Shown piece by piece: positions 7,786 to 15,045 of a stretch of DNA of 20,000 nucleotides. The notes beneath the pieces were generated by a model. That model saw only the letters and a list, made by a program, of their open reading frames with translations. It did not search any database and was not told the origin of the DNA. Origin of the DNA: an uncultured virus (IMG/VR IMGVR_UViG_3300010233_000006) (lineage: Duplodnaviria > Heunggongvirae > Uroviricota > Caudoviricetes); IMG/VR virus record IMGVR_UViG_3300010233_000006. One strand, written 5' to 3'. Numbering within the stretch: the first letter of the stretch is position 1; every line of letters starts with the position of its first letter. Both the position numbers and the translations under genes were made by a program.

Positions 7786-8088
7786 CTATCGTTTCTGCAA
7801 AACCGGCGTGCCCAGTGGCAGTTCGGGCCCCAGGATTTCGAAGTGCGCGTTCAAGAGTTGGTAGGCCACGGTGAATGCTGCCGGTTTCCCGTCCCGATTC
7901 ACGACCAATGTATACGTACCCCAATCGACACGCTTCTGGTCGTCGGCCGGCGTCGGAATTGTGAATGCTGTTAGCCCGGCAGAGAGTGCGGCCTTCACCA
8001 TCGCCAATTCGGAGTCCGAAAGGCTCGGCTCGTTTTGGTCGTCGGTGAATACCGCCTTCCCCTTTTGGTTCGTGCTAATGCGAATCAT
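7786..8088 (-). CDS. Hypothetical phage protein (100 aa)
   Basis: Start reassigned to ATG 8088 (MIRISTNQKG...) with GGAGG upstream; the longer ORF-track version overlaps the neighbouring gene. Confidence 0.7.
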   Translation of the reverse strand: MIRISTNQKGKAVFTDDQNEPSLSDSELAMVKAALSAGLTAFTIPTPADDQKRVDWGTYTLVVNRDGKPAAFTVAYQLLNAHFEILGPELPLGTPVLQKR

Positions 8089-8105
8089 GAAGTCCCTCCA
8101 GGGGC

Positions 8106-8630
8106 TTATGCCAGCCCGCTGATGATCCGATAGCCCACCCGTACGATCAGGCTTCCATTCCCCGCCGTATATTCGGTGGCACTGGGATTCTGGAGCACGA
8201 CGGCCGTATTGAGGACCGTGCTCGTCACCCAGCCGGGACTGGCTGCGGGGAAGATTGGCGCGTCCCCCTGCAGTGCATTTGCCGCCGCGATTAATGCTGC
8301 GGAAGCCAGCCCGCTTCCGACCGCTTGGCCCCCGGCTCCCCAGTAGAGTCCCAGAATCCCGATGGAACTGGTGAACTGCGGACTCGTATATTGAAAATCC
8401 CACAGGATGCTGGTGACATCAATAAATGTGCCAGCTCCGGCGGCCGGGATGATCGTGACCGGGGTTCCATGTAAGGCTTTGATCTGCGCAGCGGTGATCG
8501 TCTTCGTAACCGCTTGCGGTAGGCCAAATCCCTCTCCGATGGCAAACTCGACGTTCCCGGCGGCCTTTCCGACGTACTGCATGCTGCCGTCTGATCCGAC
8601 GCGCGTAGTGACGGTGAAAATATCGCTCAT
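8106..8630 (-). CDS. Putative head-associated structural protein
   Basis: AAGGAG RBS; TITAAQIKALHGTPVTIIPAAGAG...GNGSLIVRVGY beta-rich pattern; located between capsid and connector genes. Confidence 0.7.
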   Translation of the reverse strand: MSDIFTVTTRVGSDGSMQYVGKAAGNVEFAIGEGFGLPQAVTKTITAAQIKALHGTPVTIIPAAGAGTFIDVTSILWDFQYTSPQFTSSIGILGLYWGAGGQAVGSGLASAALIAAANALQGDAPIFPAASPGWVTSTVLNTAVVLQNPSATEYTAGNGSLIVRVGYRIISGLA

Positions 8631-8695
8631 GTTGAGACAGGCTCCTTTTTGGAAGTTGGGGGGCGTCGGGTTGGGCGCCCAATTAAAGGGGAAAG

Positions 8696-9805
8696 CTACC
8701 GCGCCGCCAGGGCGACGAACGGAGAAGTGGGCGTGCTGCCATTGGCCGGGGTTACGGCAGCATTATCAAGCGGACCTCCTGTTGCCCGGAGAATAAATCT
8801 GAAAATTTGCTGGCCCGATTCGAACAAAACGTGGACCGACACTTCACCTCGCAGCCGTTCCCGCATGGCTACCACATAGCGGCTGAAGTCTGCCAGGACG
8901 ACATCGCCCGGAGTTCCGGCCGCCTGACAATACTCCGATGGAAATGCCGGAAGTCCGCAGAGCCAATCGTGGCCCGCATCGTCCGAGAAGTTGTACTGCC
9001 AGGAATTCGATTGGCTACCGGCTGTTCCCACGATCGTAGTCAAGCCGGTCAATTGCGGGAGAAGGTCCGTGTTGTACAACCAGATCGCGTTCTTGCGGGA
9101 GGGTGCCCACAGGCTGGACCGCATCTTGGTGACATTCTGATTGATGACTGTTCCCGATCCCTGCCCTGCCTCTTTGGCCACCGTCACGGTTGCTGGTGCG
9201 TTGACCACTCCTAGCGGTTGCCCGGCACCGGTGCCGTTCACGATGAGATCCTCCAGCCGAAAGGTCAACTCCATGGAGAATGCATAGGTGGCCCAGGAAG
9301 TCAAGGCATCGGAGTCCATGGCCAGTTCATCTGTGAGTTTCAGAAGCCCGATGATCTTCTTAGGCGTGAGTGACGTTAACTGGAAATCCGGGAGAGTGGA
9401 AGGTGGCGTAACGGCTTCGGGCTCCACAAAGACCTGAATGCCGCCCAGACGGCTACCAGGTGCACGCGAGGTTTCATTGAACTGCGGACATTTGATGCTC
9501 TGCCGCTGCACCGGCATCTCGAAACAGCGTCCCAGGATGTCGCCGACGAGGTACGAGCGCCGGACAATCTCGCGAGAAAATTCAGGAGCCACCAGGAATC
9601 CGCCGCCCGATGGCAAGCCTTCCGAAGCACCGGCCGCTGTCGGACCCGCGGCGCGTTTCTGGACTTCGAGTAGGCGTGGATCGGGCGTGCTACCCGGATT
9701 CATGCCGAACTTCGCCACGGCATGCAACTGCTCTCCAAACGAACGGAACGGGCAGTCCTCGACGGCACGGATTGGCTCGAGCCGGGGAATTGATTTGGGC
9801 ATCAT
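8696..9805 (-). CDS. Second HK97-fold major capsid protein paralog lacking most of the N-terminal delta/scaffold domain (369 aa)
   Basis: GASEGLPSGGGFLVAPEFS, KKIIGL..LTDEL..DS, IVNGTGAGQPLGVVN, GDVVLADFSRY, SPFVALAAR, colinear with the upstream MCP; AGGAG 10 nt before ATG 9805. Confidence 0.93.
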   Translation of the reverse strand: MMPKSIPRLEPIRAVEDCPFRSFGEQLHAVAKFGMNPGSTPDPRLLEVQKRAAGPTAAGASEGLPSGGGFLVAPEFSREIVRRSYLVGDILGRCFEMPVQRQSIKCPQFNETSRAPGSRLGGIQVFVEPEAVTPPSTLPDFQLTSLTPKKIIGLLKLTDELAMDSDALTSWATYAFSMELTFRLEDLIVNGTGAGQPLGVVNAPATVTVAKEAGQGSGTVINQNVTKMRSSLWAPSRKNAIWLYNTDLLPQLTGLTTIVGTAGSQSNSWQYNFSDDAGHDWLCGLPAFPSEYCQAAGTPGDVVLADFSRYVVAMRERLRGEVSVHVLFESGQQIFRFILRATGGPLDNAAVTPANGSTPTSPFVALAAR

Positions 9806-9843
9806 GATGTGAGATCTCCTGATCAACAAGTGAAGAGAGGGAA

Positions 9844-9904
9844 GGGGCGGCCCGGAGGAAGGACGCCCCGCGTGAAAAGCGCACCTTTGGTAGGCTCAGT
9901 GCGC
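9844..9904 (-). terminator. Two hairpins, possible partial terminator/attenuator upstream of the second capsid gene
   Basis: Minus strand GCGCAC..GTGCGC followed by TTTT, then GGGGCG..CGCCCC followed by a pyrimidine tract. Confidence 0.45.
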
Positions 9905-9920
9905 CGGCTTCCCTATTTGG

Positions 9921-10451
9921 TTAGACAGTGGCGCTCGGGCTGCCCTTGTAGCCGTAGCGGGCTCCAGAGAGGATCCCGATTACGGAGCCGATATTCGCGT
10001 TCACACCATCGGCGATCACCACATAGACGTAGGGATACTCTGTGATGGTGCCGACGACCCCCGCTTGCACTTCCAATTCCGCGGCATCGATTTCGATGAC
10101 CCATACGAGATTGGAACAGGCAGCGGGCAAGGGCGCGGATGCCGGCAGGGAGCTCGTGATTCCGGTCGTATCCGCATAGAATGGACCGGTCAGCGTGTCG
10201 TTACCGGCCCCGCCCGTGGCCTGCAGATAGAAGCGGAAGCCCATGGCCTTGCTTGCCCCGATTGCCTCGGTGGTCGCCTGGCGGACGATGAACGAGGTCG
10301 GCTGGGCCGCCACCGATCCATAGCTGATGATGATGGACAGATGTTCGTAATTCGCCATATTGACGGGCAAGGTGGTCTTGCCCGAAGAGGTTGAGACTGC
10401 CGGAAGCATGTTCACGACGTGTCCCGCTTCCGCAATATTATATCCGTTCAT
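9921..10451 (-). CDS. Putative capsid decoration/cement protein
   Basis: AAGGAG RBS; closely follows the MCP; VNMANYEHLSIIISYG...VIEIDAAEL...YPYV...ILSGARY beta-sandwich-like pattern. Confidence 0.7.
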   Translation of the reverse strand: MNGYNIAEAGHVVNMLPAVSTSSGKTTLPVNMANYEHLSIIISYGSVAAQPTSFIVRQATTEAIGASKAMGFRFYLQATGGAGNDTLTGPFYADTTGITSSLPASAPLPAACSNLVWVIEIDAAELEVQAGVVGTITEYPYVYVVIADGVNANIGSVIGILSGARYGYKGSPSATV

Positions 10452-10492
10452 TGGTTGTTACTCCTTTTTGGGGTTTGTCTGTTGCGGGGAGG

Positions 10493-10636
10493 TCATGCCC
10501 CGGTTCGGAAAGATTGTTTATTTGTGCGGGCCGCCAATCGAGATGGTTCCACTTGCTCATTTACTCCGCGAACCGATGATGGCGGGATACGCTTCTCGGC
10601 CCCGCAGAAGGCGCAGTGAATAATGGCTGAATGCAT
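10493..10636 (-). CDS. Small CxxC ORF (47 aa), possibly a truncated remnant
   Basis: Strong GAGGAGG RBS, then MHSAIIHCAFCGAEKRIPPSSVRG... Confidence 0.4.
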   Translation of the reverse strand: MHSAIIHCAFCGAEKRIPPSSVRGVNEQVEPSRLAARTNKQSFRTGA

Positions 10637-10645
10637 TGTGCCCCC

Positions 10646-10691
10646 TCCTCTAGTAGGGGTGCTGGCGGCAGCGTAGAGGACCGCCGCCAGC
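10646..10691 (-). promoter_or_regulatory. 11-bp hairpin whose loop can pair with the downstream RBS (H-type pseudoknot)
   Basis: GCTGGCGGCGG-TCCTCTACG-CTGCCGCCAGC-ACCCCTAC-TAGAGGA; loop TCCTCTA is complementary to TAGAGGA. Confidence 0.6.
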
Positions 10692-10737
10692 GCATCGGGG
10701 TAATTACTCCCAATGCTCAATGCCTATTGTAACTCCG

Positions 10738-12129
10738 TTACCGAGTGTCCAGGCAGACGAATGGACTCTGGGTATTCGAACCCTGCGCCGGCGTCAGCGT
10801 GGTTTTCCACCACGGTTGCGAATCGGTGCGGTAGATCCACCGATAGACCATTTCCGACGTCAGAAATCTGACGTGCATGGAAGTCGCGGTCTGAAGATCT
10901 CCCTTGTCTATCATCAGTTGTTGGCTGAAGTCGCACAGCATCACATCGCCGACAGTCCCGAGGGTTGAGGCTTGCTCGATGTTGATTACCGGGCGCCCGA
11001 AGAGTGTGGCATAGGGCGTGCCGGCCGCGCCCGTGGGCGGAAGATACACCGGCAATCCGCCGACGCCGACGACCTGACCCATCCCGTAGAGCTGCTGCTC
11101 GACATCCTGATTGATGAACCAGACCGCGTTCAACCGGGACTTGCTCCACATCCGGCCCCATGCCTTCTTGATGTTCTCCCATACGACGGTCTGCGCAGCT
11201 TGGCCGGTTTCCTTCGTGATCTTAATCAGGCAGTTTGAATTCAGGATGCCAAGCGGTTGGCCCGCACCGGTTCCCCGGATCATCGCGTCGTCCAGTTTGA
11301 ATCCGAATTCCTGCGCGAAGGCGGTCATCACGTAATTGCCCAGGAAGTTTTGATCGGCGAGTAGTTCATCGGTCGCGTAGAACAGGCCCGTCAGTTTTTT
11401 GAGGACCATCTCCAATATCGCGAAGGTGGGCTTACTGCCGACGAGCGATTGGGCTTCCTGCTCCCACATCATCTGAATGCCACCATTGCGGAAACCGTCT
11501 TTGCGCGACTGCTCGTCTACGGCCGGAATCTTCATTGCGTTCGTGAATTCGGCCAGTGGCAGTTTTCGTACGCGCGGGTAGATGAGCCCGGTGTCGTGCG
11601 CCAATTGGAGCAATTCCTGCGCAAATGAGGGAAACACGAGGAATCCGCCGTCTGATGGCACGGCTTCGGAGGCGCCAGCCGCCGCCGCGCGCTTCTCGAA
11701 TCCCTCGTTGAGCGCATACAGTCGGGGATCTCCCTTCTGTCCGGTGATCTGTCGCCGCTCCGCGTTTCGCACTTCGGCGAGAAATTCACCGAATCCACGG
11801 GAGATGCGCCGCAACCGTTGGTCCTTCGATTCGGCTGTCGGCTCGTCCGCTATCCACGGCTTGTCCAGCACATTGTCGTAGACCCGCGCCGGCTCGCTCC
11901 TTGGTCCCGTGCTCCGGTCGCTCGGGATGTTGGTCAGGGTGGCCATCCGTTCGGTTGCGTCGATGGTTGCCTGAATGTTGGCTGCTTCGGCGGTGAAGCC
12001 TTCGAACTTGGTGCGCTCTTCCGCCGTCATGGCTGCCCGCTTTTCGGTTTCCATTGTGGCCAGAATGCCTTGGGCCGAATCCAGCGCGGCAGCCTTACTC
12101 TGTCGTAAATCGAGCAAACGATTGCTCAT
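10738..12129 (-). CDS. Major capsid protein, HK97 family, with N-terminal coiled-coil delta domain (463 aa)
   Basis: Start reassigned to ATG 12129 (MSNRLLDLRQ) with AAGGAG; helical N-terminus, then GASEAVPSDGGFLVFP, KKLTGL.YATDELLAD, GTGAGQPLGILN, TLFGRPV, SPFVCLDTR. Confidence 0.96.
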   Translation of the reverse strand: MSNRLLDLRQSKAAALDSAQGILATMETEKRAAMTAEERTKFEGFTAEAANIQATIDATERMATLTNIPSDRSTGPRSEPARVYDNVLDKPWIADEPTAESKDQRLRRISRGFGEFLAEVRNAERRQITGQKGDPRLYALNEGFEKRAAAAGASEAVPSDGGFLVFPSFAQELLQLAHDTGLIYPRVRKLPLAEFTNAMKIPAVDEQSRKDGFRNGGIQMMWEQEAQSLVGSKPTFAILEMVLKKLTGLFYATDELLADQNFLGNYVMTAFAQEFGFKLDDAMIRGTGAGQPLGILNSNCLIKITKETGQAAQTVVWENIKKAWGRMWSKSRLNAVWFINQDVEQQLYGMGQVVGVGGLPVYLPPTGAAGTPYATLFGRPVINIEQASTLGTVGDVMLCDFSQQLMIDKGDLQTATSMHVRFLTSEMVYRWIYRTDSQPWWKTTLTPAQGSNTQSPFVCLDTR

Positions 12130-12338
12130 AGGTCTGTGCTCCTTGTGTAAGTAATTTGCCGCGGAGTTACCGCAGGCTGAAAGATAGCGTGCTGCTGAGA
12201 AGGTACTGCTCGGTGGCGCTGGCTGCACGCTGGAGCCTGCGTCAAAAATCTTGAAATGCTTCTTGAAGATCGGAAAACTGGAAGTGCTGAGTCCTCTAAG
12301 ATGGGCGAACGAACACGGGCTGCTGTTCTGCTGAAGGT

Positions 12339-14525
12339 CTAGCGGAGCCTCAGTATTGCCAAGCGGCCGGCATCGAAATCCATGGAATTCGAGAGTGCTG
12401 CCTGTTCAGACTGTACTGAGGCCTCGGTGTCCGCATAAGCCGGAAACGATACAATGCTCGCATCCCGGAGTAGTGCTCGCTCCACAACCCGAATGCGTTC
12501 TCCGTCTCTTGTTTCAAACCGAAACTTAAGTATCCAAAAGGAAGCTGATGAAGCAGACACGTCATTCCTGCGCAGTAGACAGAGAACATCGTCCGCATAG
12601 GACGTTTCCGGGAGATCGGCCTCGGCATGTACGCCATCTACGGCATCCCAAAAGCGCGCAGTTCCAGAAGATTGTCGGCCGAGGACGTATTTATCGTCAT
12701 GGCCCCACAGCACCCTCGGATCTTGATTCAAACCCTGCGAGAAGGCACCACGCTCATATCGCTCCTTGAATCCTCCAAGATCAATGGACGTGGAATCTCC
12801 ATACGGTGCCACAAACAATGATACTTTCCTACCATTTTCGGGAGCTGTTGCCGATCTGCCCGCAAATCGCCGCACCGCCAGGATCACACCCGGTTGCCCA
12901 AATAGGCCCTCACTGGAAGCCTTAGGATATTCATAATCGGCCCATCCACAGCCGCTTTTGTTGAATGCGTATTGGATCAGCGTTGGCATATGCTGGGATG
13001 CATCTGCGTGGAACACGTCGGCGCGGAGTGCGTCGGCCAGTCGGTCGGCAATGCTGGCCGCGTCAACAAATGCCAGCGCCAGTTCCGCTTCGCTCTTCAA
13101 GTCTGGAGCTTCGAGCCCGGCATCCTTTAGGTGCTTCGCCAGGTGCGCGTGAACTCCCTTACGGTCGGCTGCGGGAATCGTAGTTCCTCCACGACCGCCG
13201 TTAAGATTTCCAATTCCGGCTTGGCATGCTTTGATATTGGCAGCCCCGATACTTCCGCTTTCGGAGACTTCGTGATGGGGGAATTTAAATTGCACCTTTT
13301 TCGTGCCATCGCTTCCATTCTCCTGCCAGGCATAGGCCCTGCGGTAGTAGGCGGCATTCTGATCGGACTTCAAGCGCGCTTCGTTCGCTGGTCCGTCCCA
13401 GGACTTGTCGGAGGTCGCGGTCTTGTGGGGGGGGATGGCGCCGGCCTGGATGTTCGAAAGATCGTGAACGGAGTTCACAATCTGAGTGTGCTGAACGCCT
13501 TCCGCATCGGTATAACTGACGCTCAGGATAGTGCCCGTTCCAAGAGCAGCAGACATCATCTCATCGTCAGGAGGGTCCTGATCGTTCGATTCGAGAGCGG
13601 CCGTAGCGATCTGGCCCCGCAAGTATCCCAGGGCATCATCCACGGTCCCTACCGCATCGCAGAGCAGGGGCATACCCGTTTCTGCCGGGTAGCAGCCGGC
13701 CTCGGTGGCATAGAGGTCGTCGGCTGAGACGCCGCGGCTCTTGGCTACGGCGTTCACGAAGATGGCTTGAATCCGGTCGCACTGATCCTGCATGTCCGCT
13801 TCGGCACCACTGGACAGGGGTTCAAAGGGATTCCCATCCACTTTTTTCTTGCCGGCGAAGATCAGGGTGACTTTGACCCCGGCCTCTTTATACATCTCGC
13901 TGAGGTCAACATGGGCACTCCAGCAGCCGATCGAACCCGTGCCCCCCACGCTGGTTACGAACAATTTTGGGGCGGTCGAGGCGAGGCAGTAGGCCGCCGA
14001 GTAGCACTGATCCTTCGATATTGCGGCGGTGGGCTTGGTGGCTGCGAGGGATCGGAGGAGATCAGTGGTTTCAATCCAGTCCGAGCACGCTTCTCCGCCA
14101 GGGGAATCGTAGCAGAACAGTACACCTTTGATGGAGCTATCCGCATATGCATCCTCGGCTAGTTCGGCCAATTTCGAATACGTCATGAACCAGTAGGACT
14201 TCGGCACCAGGGGACCCCGCACCGAAATGCACGCGATTCCGTCCTCGGTTACCGGATATGGTTTCTCGTCGGGCTGGTCATCGTCCTCGTCATCATCATT
14301 CCAGGTCACCACGGGAGAGGCGATAGCACGATCCACCAGACTCTTGTAGGTCTTCAACTCCATCGCCCATGGGAGCGTGAGGATGCGCTCCGATTCCAGG
14401 AAATGTGGCCGGCGGACCTTCGGAGCTACGAGAACCAGAGATCCATCGGTCGAGCTAGCGGCCAGTGTGGGATCCAGAATGGGCGTCGGCGGCTTGGCTG
14501 CTGTCTTGGTGAATTGCAAAGCCAT
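12339..14525 (-). CDS. Prohead maturation protease fusion: S49 (SppA/lambda gpC-like) + uncharacterised middle domain + S78 (HK97-type)
   Basis: S49 motifs YDSPGGE, CYSAAYCLAS, GTGSIG, AGKKKVDGNPF; S78 motifs GGFKERYERGAF, VLWGHD..VLGR, DVSASSASF, LRDASIVSFPAY. Confidence 0.9.
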   Translation of the reverse strand: MALQFTKTAAKPPTPILDPTLAASSTDGSLVLVAPKVRRPHFLESERILTLPWAMELKTYKSLVDRAIASPVVTWNDDDEDDDQPDEKPYPVTEDGIACISVRGPLVPKSYWFMTYSKLAELAEDAYADSSIKGVLFCYDSPGGEACSDWIETTDLLRSLAATKPTAAISKDQCYSAAYCLASTAPKLFVTSVGGTGSIGCWSAHVDLSEMYKEAGVKVTLIFAGKKKVDGNPFEPLSSGAEADMQDQCDRIQAIFVNAVAKSRGVSADDLYATEAGCYPAETGMPLLCDAVGTVDDALGYLRGQIATAALESNDQDPPDDEMMSAALGTGTILSVSYTDAEGVQHTQIVNSVHDLSNIQAGAIPPHKTATSDKSWDGPANEARLKSDQNAAYYRRAYAWQENGSDGTKKVQFKFPHHEVSESGSIGAANIKACQAGIGNLNGGRGGTTIPAADRKGVHAHLAKHLKDAGLEAPDLKSEAELALAFVDAASIADRLADALRADVFHADASQHMPTLIQYAFNKSGCGWADYEYPKASSEGLFGQPGVILAVRRFAGRSATAPENGRKVSLFVAPYGDSTSIDLGGFKERYERGAFSQGLNQDPRVLWGHDDKYVLGRQSSGTARFWDAVDGVHAEADLPETSYADDVLCLLRRNDVSASSASFWILKFRFETRDGERIRVVERALLRDASIVSFPAYADTEASVQSEQAALSNSMDFDAGRLAILRLR

Positions 14526-14535
14526 GGCGATCTCC

Positions 14536-15015
14536 TTAGAGTTTCTCGGCGATGTATTCGGCCTCGTCCATTGCCTCGATCAAGCTCAACTGCTGGGCCA
14601 GCCATCCGACATGGCTTTGATGCCACTTTAGCAAGTGCTCGATCAGGTTTCTGGTCGTATCGTCCAGCGCCTTCATGGCCGTCTGAATTGTCTGCTCATA
14701 GGGAGCGACAATCGCCAGTTCCAGGCTGAGTTCGTTTTCGAACATGGCCGTCAACGTTTCCGACTCCATGATTCCAGACACCGGGTAGTTGAGCTTACCA
14801 CCGAGGAAGAGCAGCCGATCGGAAACTTTCTTGGCCCAGCAGTGAGCGTCGTCCCCGAAGGAATGCAGCTTCTTGGCGGTCTTCTTCACGCCGAGAAACT
14901 TTGCCAGCCGCCAATCCGCTCGATATTGCGCATTGAGGTGGACCTCTGCCGAGACTGCCAATTGCAGCGCCACCAGGACATCGGGATTGCCGGTGATCGG
15001 TGTACGGTTCGTCAT
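14536..15015 (-). CDS. bfr: Bacterioferritin-like protein with a non-canonical ferroxidase centre
   Basis: Aligns by eye end to end with E. coli Bfr (G...V...L......E.....QY; RLLFLGG; MFENELSLE; D..TR..HVGWL..QL.LI..M...EY); AAGGAG RBS. Confidence 0.88.
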   Translation of the reverse strand: MTNRTPITGNPDVLVALQLAVSAEVHLNAQYRADWRLAKFLGVKKTAKKLHSFGDDAHCWAKKVSDRLLFLGGKLNYPVSGIMESETLTAMFENELSLELAIVAPYEQTIQTAMKALDDTTRNLIEHLLKWHQSHVGWLAQQLSLIEAMDEAEYIAEKL

Positions 15016-15045
15016 ACTGAAAATCTCCTTCGGCAGTTCAGTTTT

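Noticed and set aside
10646..10740. Readthrough or frameshift extension of the MCP driven by the pseudoknot
   Set aside because: The structure starts ~46 nt after the TAA and there is no slippery sequence at the gene end
12130..12228. Longer N-terminus of the MCP (likewise 9806-9829, 8089-8403 and 818-871 for other ORFs)
   Set aside because: Downstream ATGs have clear RBSs or stop-start overlaps; the extensions do not
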